A DNA stretch of 64,000 nt from Nitrosopumilus sp. (GTDB taxonomy: Archaea > Thermoproteota > Nitrososphaeria > Nitrososphaerales > Nitrosopumilaceae), in the NCBI GenBank assembly GCA_965205425.1, contig CBDBGZ010000008.1, positions 1-64,000 of the forward strand, given 5' to 3'. The position numbers and the translations under genes are program-made. The notes under the pieces were generated by a model, which saw nothing but the letters and a program-made list of their open reading frames with translations, searched no databases and was not told the origin of the DNA. The first letter of the stretch is position 1; every line of letters begins with the position of its first letter. Shown piece by piece: positions 21,984 through 32,772 of this stretch.

Positions 21984-22102
21984 TTTACAAAAATAATAAT
22001 TAAAAATTCCAGTTATTTTTTCAATATGAAAAGCACCTAACTTCACACAAAAAGTCTCTAATTTAACACCCTGTTGAAAAGCTCCGGAGATTGAACAGTG
22101 TA
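21984..22102 (+). repeat. ~120-bp dispersed repeat, probable IS end or MITE remnant
   Basis: Similar to 45453-45572 and 16221-16287; ends ..GATTGAACAGTGTA. Confidence 0.85.
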
Positions 22103-22104
22103 CA

Positions 22105-22335
22105 AATCTTCTTCGTGGTAAGTGTCGAGGTTTTTGGTAGCATCTTTCCACACGGAGGGGATCAGCTTCTTGATTCGCTTGATCCTTGTCCTTATCTTCT
22201 TGTTCTCGCCCTTCTATTCTTCTCATATTGTGAGTAGTTGCGATACTTTCGTGCTTTGAGATTTCTGACGTGCTTGCGGTATTGTGTTACGTGTGCACCG
22301 TACAGTGCGTTCCTGTGCTTCTTTTTCCCAGTCAT
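22105..22335 (-). pseudogene. Possible 5' remnant of an IS5-like transposase
   Basis: GC-richer segment reading MTGKKKHR..RKYRNYSQYEKNR then disrupted; resemblance only. Confidence 0.35.
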
Positions 22336-22469
22336 TACATGTGCCAGTTATTTGGTGATCAAAAAACATGGCGGAATCCGTCATGATCTATAAGCTTTTC
22401 GCAAGTTTTGCGGAAAAAATTTGGACAGCACCATTCTGATCATCATTCTTTTAATCTAGTATACGATCC

Positions 22470-23513
22470 TTGATCCTAATGACATTGGTAAAATATTCAA
22501 TACCACTCTTGGCAATTGTATTACTTGTTCCTGCTGGAATGGACAATGCAATGGCACAAGAGGTACCAGGCGGAGAAGAACTAGAAGCAAATGGAGTAGG
22601 TCCTGTAGGAATAGTTAACGAGGTTAATGACAGACCATGGGCAAATTCAACAGAGCAGATAGAAGCACATAGAAATTTCAAAGCTTTTGTTGACCATGAA
22701 ATGCAGGATAGTTATACCAACAATGAAAGAAAAGCTGCAGGTATAATTATCCATAACATTGTCACAGAAATCGGCAAAGAACTTAGCGGTTATGAACTAG
22801 CAGGATTAATTGCAAAACTACAAATCCTTGATGGAATATACAATCCAACCTCTCCAGAAAGAAAAATGCACGAATGGGCATTTTTCATGCATGATATTCC
22901 TGAAGACAGAGAGACAATCAATGCCAGAATAGATTTCATTACTAATAATGCCGATGATGAATTGGTAAATGATTTAGTTGATGCAATACATAGACTGGTC
23001 AATATTGGTTCTGTATCAAGAGATCTAAAAGATTCTGATCGTAATTATTGGTTTTTGCTTTCAGTAAAAACTGCTTGTGATCATGATCCAATATGCAGTG
23101 AAATGGGGCTAGGACCAAATGACTTTGATGAACCTACAGATCCTCAAATTATACCTGTAACAAGTTATGGGTTTCATTGGGGATATATTCTTGCAGATTT
23201 TAAATCTTGTCAAGGAAATATGGAATCATGTGAATCTGATTACTCTCAATATGGAACTGGGATAATATCAAATAGTTTCAGTAGTCCAGAACATGTGATT
23301 AGTAGAACTGTCAACTTGGAGATGTATGCTAATGGTTCGACTGATTCAACTGCTGTAGTAACAGGGCAAGTAACAGAGCCTCTTCCTGGAACAATACTCT
23401 CTGCATATGATAGAGATGGATATGTTATAACAGATGGATATGTTTCTAATCCAAATACACGCTCCGCACCATATATCGAGATAGGCTTTACAAGCTACGC
23501 TTATACTCGTTAA
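22470..23513 (+). CDS. Secreted protein with type-A leader (KYxIPLLA..GVGPVG)
   Basis: Signal peptide plus QEVPGGEELEANGVGPVG, identical to 45588..46505; probable start ATG at 22479. Confidence 0.8.
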   Translation: MILMTLVKYSIPLLAIVLLVPAGMDNAMAQEVPGGEELEANGVGPVGIVNEVNDRPWANSTEQIEAHRNFKAFVDHEMQDSYTNNERKAAGIIIHNIVTEIGKELSGYELAGLIAKLQILDGIYNPTSPERKMHEWAFFMHDIPEDRETINARIDFITNNADDELVNDLVDAIHRLVNIGSVSRDLKDSDRNYWFLLSVKTACDHDPICSEMGLGPNDFDEPTDPQIIPVTSYGFHWGYILADFKSCQGNMESCESDYSQYGTGIISNSFSSPEHVISRTVNLEMYANGSTDSTAVVTGQVTEPLPGTILSAYDRDGYVITDGYVSNPNTRSAPYIEIGFTSYAYTR

Positions 23514-23551
23514 TTTTTTTAAAAATATAAAAAATAAAGTAAAGTGAAAAA

Positions 23552-23731
23552 CAGTACTTGGGAAAGTAACTACCTGACATATTCCAAATAGTATTCTGAT
23601 TTTATTCTCCTAAAGAAATCAACAATAATAATTTCAAAGATGCACTTGAGAATTTCAATTGTAATTATTGGATTTGTGTGATTGATGGAACAAGTATTTC
23701 TCAACGTACAATTTGCAATAATCCATGCGTT
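23552..23731 (-). mobile_element. ISH3 right-end remnant
   Basis: Reverse complement of the 3' end of 62078-63394; TIR CAGTACTTGGGAAAGTAACT. Confidence 0.9.
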
Positions 23732-24099
23732 ATAGTTTAGGCATATAAATTCTGAATAAACTGTCAAGTATTTTAATCCAAAAGATCTAGATCACAGAAT
23801 TCGTTTTAAAAAACCATGTCAAAGAGTACAAGACAATCCAAGGTTTCCTCTGGAAATCAATTCATGAAAGGTACAAGCATTAATTTTTTGAGAAAAGCAT
23901 GTAAAAATGAACGTAATGCAAAAGCAAAGATAAGACTAAAGGCTGCAATTTTACGCAAACAAGACATGACATATTCTCAAATATGTGTCAGTCTTGATGT
24001 CATACCATCTACTCTTAGTTACTGGTTAAATAGATGGATAAAGAAGGAATATCTGCATCACACCGTAAGGAATATTCTGGTTCTAGATGTTTTCTAAAT
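23732..24099 (+). pseudogene. IS630-family 5' remnant (HTH part of the transposase)
   Basis: KNERNAKAKIRLKAAIL..STLSYWLNR resembles the N-terminus of 41592..42590; begins at a TA; truncated by IS481. Confidence 0.7.
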
Positions 24100-25218
24100 T
24101 ATCTTTTCCGGAAATTATTCTATTATCCTCAAATTAGTTCACCCAATTATTTCCAGACTAAAGTCAAGATACGTTTGGAAAAGAGGAAAGAATCACAAGA
24201 TTATGCAAAAGTTAGATCCAATCCAGATATCCTGGATAATCAAGTCAAAAGAGGATCGGTGCCAAGAACGCAGACGTAGCCTCATCCATGAAGATATCTG
24301 TTCGGTGGGTGCAGAAACTCTACTCACGGTATCGCCGTACTGGTGCAGTTCCGATTCTAGGCAAGCCTGGAAGGCCAAAGGGAATAATCACAGAGCAGAT
24401 GGTGCAGACTGTCCAGTCTACATTTGAAAAGTTCAGGTGTTCTGCAGTATTCTTGGAGAAAATAATTGATACTACTGGAACACACATACCTCACAATACC
24501 ATACATAAAATTATGAGAGATGAAGGGTTGGCAGAAGCTCAGCCAAAGAAGAGTAGAAGACGAAAGTGGGTTAGATACGAGAGGACATATTCAAACTCCA
24601 TGTGGCATACTGACTGGAAGAAGCTAGATGATGGCAGATGGTTCTTATGCTACCAGGATGACGCATCAAGGTTTATCGTCTCTCATGGAGTGTTTGCAGA
24701 GGCAACAACAGATAACGCACTTGTAGTATTACATGAGGCAATTGCAAAGCACGGTAGGCCTGCATCAATTCTAACTGATCATGGCTCCCAGTTTTATGCA
24801 AACCAATCAGAATACAAGAGAAAAGGAGCATCACAGTTTGAGCAGGAACTGGTTAGACTTGGAATAAAACATATCATGGCAAGAGTGAATCATCCACAGA
24901 CAAATGGAAAGTTAGAAAGATTTCACGGCGAGATTCAGAGAAAGCAGAAATGGTTTGGCACCATTGATGAGCTGGTCCACTGGTACAATCACATAAAGCC
25001 ACACATGTCACTTGACTGGGATAATCTTGAGACCCCTGTAAAGGCATATGCAAGAAAGATGCCAGAGAAAACATACCATTGCTCTGTTTTCTGTACTAAA
25101 GGCACCTGTAAAGGCATATGCAAGAAAGATGCCAGAGAAAGGAACAAGAGTTATTGATGAGCAGACAGGAGAAGAATACGATGTCAAATAAGGGACGAAC
25201 TGATTTTGGGATACGACA
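24100..25218 (+). mobile_element. IS481-family IS (type b) with 5' frameshift and 3' duplication/insertion
   Basis: WHTDW, DDASR, TDHG and TNGKLERF integrase core; N-terminus MQKLDP.. lies in another frame. Confidence 0.9.
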
Positions 25219-25261
25219 ATTCTTAGACAGCTAATATAGGAGTATAAGAAGGTAAAATATT

Positions 25262-27328
25262 GTGACATATTATAGAATTTCAAATGGCAAGAAAAGATTC
25301 ATAGAAAATGGATTTCCAACTGCCAAGTCTCATTTGATTGCTATGAGGGAAGGGAATTCTAAACGTCCAATATATCAAATCCATAAGTGGTGGGCGAGAA
25401 GGCTTGGAAGTGTATTTCGCACTTTGTTAATTTCTTCATTTTCTCCTGCACATGAGTCTCAAAAGGATATTTGGTCAAAATATTATAATGGATTTTCACT
25501 TCAAAACAAGGTAATTTATGATCCGATGATGGGAGGAGGTACAACTTTAGTTGAGGCACTAAGGCTTGGTTGCAATGTGATAGGTTCTGACATCAATCCT
25601 GTTGCATGGTTTGTTACAAAAAAAGAAATTGAAACATTTGATGAATTAAAAGCTGATAAATATTTTAAAAAAATTGAAAATAATACAGGTGTAAAAGTCA
25701 AAGAATTTTACAAAACTAAATGCAATAATCATCATACATGTGATACACTTTATGATATTTGGGCAAGGCAGGTAACATGTATTGCATGCTCAAAACAATC
25801 CGATTTATTCACCAGTAGGATAATTAGAGATGATGGAAAAACAAAAACAGTTCACTGTCCTACATGTGATGAAATATTCCAAACCCGTCAAAAATCAAAC
25901 CAAATCAAATGTAGACAATGCAAGCACCATTTTAATTTAATGTCTAGCAACTCCAAACGAGGATATTTTACTTGTACATGTAAAATAAAAACAAAGATTA
26001 CTGAAATAGTAAAACAACAAAAGAAACTTTTGGACTCTAGAATCATCTGCGTAGAGTTTGAATGTAGTAAATGTGGAAGGGGCTTTAAAAAACCAAGTAA
26101 AACTGATATCAAAAAATTTAAAACAGTACGAAACATGTTTGCTAAAAACAAACGACAATTACCATACCCTAAAGAAGAGGTACATCCAGGCCACATTGGA
26201 GACACTAGACCAAAAAATCATGGGTTTGATTTTTATCATCAGATGTTTACTTCGAGACAACTTTATTCTTTAGCATTAACATTAAAAGAAATTAAAAAAA
26301 TTCCCGACCAAAATATAAGGGAATTCATTTTACTTGCATTCTCCAGCTGTCTGGAAACCAATAATACCCTTTGTAAATACGAAACTAATTGGGGCAAAAT
26401 ATCTGCACTCTTTGCATTCCCATCATACCATGTTCCAGAAAGATATTGTGAAAATAACCTATGGGGAAACGGACGTGGCTCTTTTGTGCGCTCGTATTTG
26501 AAACTAAAAAGAGGCAAAAAATATGCAGATCAATCATATGAAATTGTTCAAAATAACAAGAACATGGTTCACAAGAAAAAGAAATTCACCGGACACAGTA
26601 TTCTTACTGACATTGGAAAAGGCAAATCAAGTGCAACAAATGGACGTGTGAGTCTTCAATGTAGAGATTCGAAGAACATGCCTATGATAAAATCAAAAAC
26701 GGTTGATGTAGTATTGACTGATCCACCATATTTTGATATGATGAGCTATTCAAGACTGGCTGATTTCTTTTTTGTATGGCTTCGACTTGGTCTACAAGAT
26801 CAATATCCTTGGTTCAAACGCATTTCTTCCTCATCAAAAAATGAGATTGTCTTAAATGATTACTTTGATGAGGATACTGAAAACTTTGTCTTACAAATAT
26901 CACAAGTATTCAAAGAATGCAAAAGGGTTCTCAAAGACGATGGAATAATGGTATTTACATTTCACCATAGCAAAGAATGGGCATGGTCAAATCTCAAAGA
27001 TGCATTAAATAAGTCCGGTTTCACTGCTACCGCAAGTCAGGTAATTCGTTCTGAAGGGAAGACCGGTTTCAAAAAGAGCGGGAATACGGGTTATGATGTA
27101 TGTGTAATAGCAAGAAAAACAAAATGCATAGAGAAAAAAAATACTCAAAGTAACAAACTAGTCAAAAACTATGACAAGTCAGTAAGATCAATGAGGCAGC
27201 ACAACTCTGGAATTAACAAAGCAGACATGTTTACTGCTGCAATGGGACAGTATATGTTAAGCAGTAAAAATACTACTGAGGAATTTTTAGAACTTCATCC
27301 AAAATTTATGAAAACAACCACATCATAA
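25262..27328 (+). CDS. DUF1156/COG1743 adenine DNA methyltransferase with Zn ribbons
   Basis: IHKWWARR, DPMMGGG and TDPPY motifs plus multiple CxxC; start uncertain. Confidence 0.85.
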   Translation: MTYYRISNGKKRFIENGFPTAKSHLIAMREGNSKRPIYQIHKWWARRLGSVFRTLLISSFSPAHESQKDIWSKYYNGFSLQNKVIYDPMMGGGTTLVEALRLGCNVIGSDINPVAWFVTKKEIETFDELKADKYFKKIENNTGVKVKEFYKTKCNNHHTCDTLYDIWARQVTCIACSKQSDLFTSRIIRDDGKTKTVHCPTCDEIFQTRQKSNQIKCRQCKHHFNLMSSNSKRGYFTCTCKIKTKITEIVKQQKKLLDSRIICVEFECSKCGRGFKKPSKTDIKKFKTVRNMFAKNKRQLPYPKEEVHPGHIGDTRPKNHGFDFYHQMFTSRQLYSLALTLKEIKKIPDQNIREFILLAFSSCLETNNTLCKYETNWGKISALFAFPSYHVPERYCENNLWGNGRGSFVRSYLKLKRGKKYADQSYEIVQNNKNMVHKKKKFTGHSILTDIGKGKSSATNGRVSLQCRDSKNMPMIKSKTVDVVLTDPPYFDMMSYSRLADFFFVWLRLGLQDQYPWFKRISSSSKNEIVLNDYFDEDTENFVLQISQVFKECKRVLKDDGIMVFTFHHSKEWAWSNLKDALNKSGFTATASQVIRSEGKTGFKKSGNTGYDVCVIARKTKCIEKKNTQSNKLVKNYDKSVRSMRQHNSGINKADMFTAAMGQYMLSSKNTTEEFLELHPKFMKTTTS

Positions 27329-27510
27329 TTTTTCAAATATTCTTTTTGACGATAATGTATCGCATATATGCTTATGAACTAAAATGAGAAGTTAGGTAAA
27401 CAAATCAGTAGTGATCATCTTAATTGCAATTTATTGGAAATGCTCAAAAAACATCTAGACGAATTTGAAGAAATTTTTAAACACTTTGGATAACTAGATT
27501 AAAAATACAT

Positions 27511-28764
27511 TTACCTTAGGGAATATTCTGAATCTCCTTTCTCATTAATTATCCAATCTACTGCCTTCAACTCTGTTAGTCTACCCATTGTGGCTAACCT
27601 CCATTGAGAAATTTTACGTTCGGTTATTTCATTTTTTATTTCAAGGTGATTGATATTGTATATCTCTTGAGATTTGGGATTTTCTTTCAAGTATTGAATT
27701 GCAGTTTTTTTAATTTCATCATCTAACATATGACTAATTTTCTCAAAATCATCTTCGAATATTTTTTGTTTTCTTTTTTGAAATATTTTAACAACTGAAA
27801 CTGCGGTTTCAACAAATTTTTGTTCTAGTGGTCTTTGAGGAATTAATTCTTTTAAAATAAAATCTGATTCTTTTTTTGTTAACGGCCCATTTTTGTAATC
27901 TCCTTCCACAATTGGATTGTCAATCAAAAAGAATTTTTTTCCTAACTCTGTTAAGGAAATAAACACCTTACCATCTTCTTCAAAAGCGTAAACTAATCCT
28001 AATGCAGATAATGCACCTTCAAAATGATTTGTTTTTGTACTTCTACTTTTTCTTACTTTTCCTACAAATTGATCCTTGAATCTTTTTTGAGCCATTGCTT
28101 TCTTTTCGTCATCTTTATCATCTTTCCCTTTCTTTGGAAGTCCTGTTGATATTTTCTTATTTCTTGGAACACTATGTTCATTTTCATATTTACTCAAAGT
28201 TTTGGCAATTTCTTCTGCAATATCATATGCATTAATGCGAAAATCTTTTAATTCAATTTTTGATTCTTTATTTCTTTCAAGTAAATGTGCTAGTACTGTC
28301 AAGACAATTTTTACTGGTAAAAATCTGCTGTAAAAACCAGACAACAATGGAAATCCATCATAATGAATTATGTTTTCTGGTTTTGAAATCATTAATTTTT
28401 CAATGTATTTCTTAGTATGTTGAAAATTGTCTCGAAGTTTTAGATGATCATCATCTCTTTGAGCAAGTATCCTTTGTTGAGATAATTCATCTGCATCTTT
28501 ATCAATTTCTAAATCTCCAAACTGTTTTTTTATTTCCTCAGGATTCATACTCATTTTCATAAACCCCTCCTGTTCTGGTGAAAAAGGCATCAGGGTTTTC
28601 ATTAATTCCATACATTCTTCAGGATGTTCACTCTCCCAAGTAAGCAGAATTTCTACAGCATTTTTTAGAAAATCTTCTGGATTTTTGTATTTTTTACTAT
28701 CTATTAACTCCCTAATTCTTTGTGCATGTATTTCGAGCACAGAGTATACCATTTTTTCCGCCAA
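27511..28764 (-). CDS. Hypothetical protein with possible N-terminal RHH and internal winged-helix elements
   Basis: 417-aa ORF; IRELIDSKKYKNPEDFLKNAVE is RHH-like; ISLTELGKKF is wing-like. Confidence 0.7.
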   Translation of the reverse strand: MAEKMVYSVLEIHAQRIRELIDSKKYKNPEDFLKNAVEILLTWESEHPEECMELMKTLMPFSPEQEGFMKMSMNPEEIKKQFGDLEIDKDADELSQQRILAQRDDDHLKLRDNFQHTKKYIEKLMISKPENIIHYDGFPLLSGFYSRFLPVKIVLTVLAHLLERNKESKIELKDFRINAYDIAEEIAKTLSKYENEHSVPRNKKISTGLPKKGKDDKDDEKKAMAQKRFKDQFVGKVRKSRSTKTNHFEGALSALGLVYAFEEDGKVFISLTELGKKFFLIDNPIVEGDYKNGPLTKKESDFILKELIPQRPLEQKFVETAVSVVKIFQKRKQKIFEDDFEKISHMLDDEIKKTAIQYLKENPKSQEIYNINHLEIKNEITERKISQWRLATMGRLTELKAVDWIINEKGDSEYSLR

Positions 28765-28938
28765 TGCCTTTTATATATAATTATTATATAAAAATCCTGT
28801 GAGTAAAGGGCTAGTATATTATAATAAAGCTGATTTCATAACATTATCTATGTTATGTAACATTATGTAAAGATACTTTTTCTTTATAACATAATAATTG
28901 TCTTTATATGTAAATAAAGGAGCCTTTATATACATATA

Positions 28939-29388
28939 ATGTGTATACTATGTATGGTTGGAATAAGAAATGGAAACAAGTTCGTTTTAGACACTTGTAC
29001 AGTAATCAATATTTTGGAGAATAGGGCAATAGCTGATCTAATTAAATGCCATATTGATACTGAAAATTCTAGTGTCTATCTGAATAGTGTGTCACTTGAT
29101 GAGGCTTTAAGAAAAGGATATGACAAGAAGAAAATTGTTTCAAAAATCTCAGAATATTTGGACACTTTAGTTATTGTCAAAGAGGTTTCTATTGAAAATC
29201 ATGTTACTGCTCGAAGACTAGAAGATGATTGTTCTTTAATTCATCGTGGTGATTCTGCAATTGCAGCATTTTCAATGGATCATAAATCAACTTTGATTAC
29301 ATATGACAAAGAATTTCTCAAAGGGTGTCATAGTGTAGGAATTCCAACTTTTAATCCAAACATGATTTTTGGAGGAATGACTGCATGA
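28939..29388 (+). CDS. PIN-domain (VapC-like) nuclease
   Basis: FVLDTCTVIN, DE, HRGDSAI and ITYDK acidic motifs. Confidence 0.8.
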   Translation: MCILCMVGIRNGNKFVLDTCTVINILENRAIADLIKCHIDTENSSVYLNSVSLDEALRKGYDKKKIVSKISEYLDTLVIVKEVSIENHVTARRLEDDCSLIHRGDSAIAAFSMDHKSTLITYDKEFLKGCHSVGIPTFNPNMIFGGMTA

Positions 29389-31290
29389 GTCTGATATCTC
29401 TTTCTGAAGCATATTCTCTTAGTACTGGAATTGAAGTTGAAGGAATTGTAAAATCTATGGAAAAAGCCGGTCATATGTGGATTGATTATTTACAAGATTA
29501 CAGACTTGTTTGTAATGCAAAACTAATTGATGGAAAAGGCAATATGATAAATATTGTATTTTGGGAAAATGATGTTCTTAGAGTTAGAAATAATTTAAAA
29601 ATTCACATAACTGATGCAAAATGGAATGATACAAAAAAAGTTCTATACAAAACAAAATTAGGCTCAATAATTGTTTTAGATTTTAATCCTAATTTAATTA
29701 AAGAAGACATTATCAATATTAAAAAAAGAAAGAAGATAATTTCTTTCAAAGAATATCAAAAACATGTTGAAAATAGCTCTGGCTTTACGTATCTTGGTAC
29801 AGATAGGAAAAAATATTTATCTATCGCCAAAGCCTTTGCTCAAATTGAAAAATTAGCATCAAAATTTAGAAATAGTGGAGTATCTAGTGCAATAAAATAT
29901 TTACACAATGAAATTACACTTTCTGCAGAACAGATTTGTACGATTCTTAAAATATTTAATATCTCAGTTTCGTGTGACAGAATTTTAAGAAATTCTATTC
30001 CTTCTAAAATAAAAGAAAATAAAATAATTCATACAGCATATTCATATAAAACAACTATAAAAAGGAATAATTCTGATTCTATTCGTATCTTTTCCGGAAA
30101 TTAGTTCACCCCTTAACTAGGAGAGCATCATTCCCATACTATCGTATGCGTGGGTATCGTGGCATACCTATGGTAAAGTTAGATGAGAATAAGATCAGGT
30201 GGATTATACAATCTAAAAATGAAAAAGTCAAGAATTTAGATATTTCAGTAATCCTCAAGATAACGCCTAGAAGAGTACAACAAGTCTACTCTCAGTACAA
30301 AAAAACCAAAAAGATTCCCACACTCAAAAGGCCAGGGCGTCCAAAAAAGCCAGTCACTGTACACGAGATAGAGCTAGTCAAACAAGTTCAAGAAAAATTT
30401 CATACAAACGCACTATACCTTGAGAAAATCATATCAAAATTGTACAATACCAAGATAAACCACAATCGCATCCACAAGATTATGCTAGATGAAGGATTAT
30501 CAGTTGAGCAACCACGGAAAAAGATGAGAAGAAAGTGGATCAGGTATGAACGTGAATATTCAAATTCACTGTGGCATACTGACTGGCACACAATACATGA
30601 TTCACGCTGGGCAGGAAAACAACTAATTGCATTTGAAGATGATGCCTCACGATTTATCACGGGTTTCGGAGTGTATGATGAGGCAACATCTGTGAATTCT
30701 TCTGCAGTACTATCTGATGCAATAAAGAATCACGGTAGACCAGCATCCGTACTATCTGATAATGGAAAACAGTTCACATCAAATGTCAATACTCTTGATC
30801 ATAACAAGCCAGTAGACTTTGAGCAGCAACTAATGAGACATCACGTAAAGCACTCTCGTACAAGAGTGAGACATCCACAAACAAATGGTAAGCTAGAAAA
30901 GTTCTGGGATATCTTTGAGTGTAAAATAGAATACTTTGAGTCAGTGGAGCAGTTTATGCATTGGTACAATCACATTAGAGTTCATGGCGCACTAGACTTG
31001 GATAATATGGAGACACCATCTGATGCGTATCACTCCAAGATGATAACAAACGAAATACTCATAGACCCAAGTATTCTATGGAGGAATTACTCATGAAAGT
31101 GACACGAAATAATTTTTGGAAAGAACATTCTGATTCTATTCGTTTAGAGACAATTATTGAGGAAGATACCAATGGGCCAACAAGTACTGAATTGCCTAAT
31201 GAGATATCTGTTAGTGAGGCATCTTCAGATGATGAATTTACGCCTATAATGATAGAAGATATCAAACATTGTGGAAATTATAGAGACTAA
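29385..31290 (+). pseudogene. OB-fold (RPA/SSB-like) protein with acidic tail, interrupted by IS481
   Basis: VEGIV..AKLIDGKG..INIVFWE; reading frame resumes after the IS at 31128 (SDSIRLET..). Confidence 0.7.
30086..31127 (+). mobile_element. IS481-family IS (type a), intact, 15-bp TSD
   Basis: Transposase 30146..31096; ends TATCTTTTCCGG/..GGAAAGAACA; TTCTGATTCTATTCG on both sides. Confidence 0.95.
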
Positions 31291-31374
31291 TGATGTCCAA
31301 ATATCATAAAAATACATTGTCATACAATCATTTAGATACCAAGTTTAATAAAATCAGATTGGGGATAATCCGAT

Positions 31375-32763
31375 ATGGTCATCAAAAAAAACACTGATTC
31401 AAAAAAATCAGAATATACAATCAATAAAAATAATGCAAAAATGATTTTAGATTTTATTAACAAAAACAAAAAATGTAAAATTAATAATAGTGCGGGAATT
31501 GTAATTGAAAACGGAAAGAAGAAATCTAAACCTTCTTTCATGATACCTAGAAGCCTTTTAAAATTAAATACTTTCAATCATAGATTCACTACTTCGATGA
31601 ATACTTTAAGAGATGAAAGAATCAAGTCTGGAAAATCTCCTGAATTTGATATGAATAAAAAAGCAGATGTTGAAATAATAAGAAATATGCTTAGGGGAAT
31701 TGATCCTTCAAACAAAGATAGACACAATCAATACAATATATTAAAAAATGAAATAGAAAAGGCATCATTTGAGTTTGGTACTAACGGAATAGAAAAACCC
31801 ACTATTATCACTGCTGATGGAATATACATAAACGGAAATAGACGTGATACTGTTTTAGAAGATCTTAAACAGATACAAATTAAAAAGAAAAAAGGAGGGT
31901 TACCTGAAAAATATAATTCAATTGGAGTAATGATTTGTGATGCAGATATTACAAATTCAGATATACGTAGAATGGAATTGAAAGAACAGGTCAGTAAGGA
32001 TCTTCGAGATGAATATGATACAATGAATTCAGCAATACTTGTTAAAGAAGAATATGAAAATGAACTGGCCATTAAAGGACCTGGTCATGAAGAAGAAGTA
32101 AAGAAAATACTTGCAGGTACAATGGAAGGTAGAAACGTAAAGAAAATTAATGAGCTTTTAGATTTTGCAGATTTTGTAGATCAGGTCTTAATACAATTAA
32201 AACTTGAAAGACAATATCATAAAATAAACACAAATTCAGATGAAAATGATGCAGTACCTGTAACAACAATTATCAAACAATTTTCAAGTAAATGGGCTAA
32301 TGCAAGTCCTGCCGACAAAGCTAACATAATATTTGAATGTGCAGGAACTGTTCAAGGAGTTTTAAGTAAATCTAAGATTACAGATCCAACACACTATAAT
32401 TTTACATCCAGAAAATATTGGGAGTCAAGAACGCTCCGAAATAAATCACCAAGTGCTAAAAAAATTGTAGATGACTATGATTGGTCCAGTCACGATTTTA
32501 CTTCAATTGAAAGTTGTAAAAGATTTGGAAACATACTTCAAAAGGCTGAAGAAAGAGCAAAAGATGAAGAGTGGATAAATTCACCCAGTAAACTTCTTGT
32601 ATCCGTTAATGATAAACTTGTAATTATTTCTGATGCATTAACAGGGCCTCAAAATAAAAGAATGAAAATAAAGTTAAAACAATCTAACGTTGACAGACAT
32701 CTGAGAGAAATTAAAAAATCTTTGGCTAGTATTGAATCTAAATTAAAGAAAATAAAGACGTAG
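31375..32763 (+). CDS. ParB/Srx-like domain protein
   Basis: PTIITADGIYINGNRR motif followed by a helical region. Confidence 0.7.
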   Translation: MVIKKNTDSKKSEYTINKNNAKMILDFINKNKKCKINNSAGIVIENGKKKSKPSFMIPRSLLKLNTFNHRFTTSMNTLRDERIKSGKSPEFDMNKKADVEIIRNMLRGIDPSNKDRHNQYNILKNEIEKASFEFGTNGIEKPTIITADGIYINGNRRDTVLEDLKQIQIKKKKGGLPEKYNSIGVMICDADITNSDIRRMELKEQVSKDLRDEYDTMNSAILVKEEYENELAIKGPGHEEEVKKILAGTMEGRNVKKINELLDFADFVDQVLIQLKLERQYHKINTNSDENDAVPVTTIIKQFSSKWANASPADKANIIFECAGTVQGVLSKSKITDPTHYNFTSRKYWESRTLRNKSPSAKKIVDDYDWSSHDFTSIESCKRFGNILQKAEERAKDEEWINSPSKLLVSVNDKLVIISDALTGPQNKRMKIKLKQSNVDRHLREIKKSLASIESKLKKIKT

Positions 32764-32772
32764 AGATAATTC

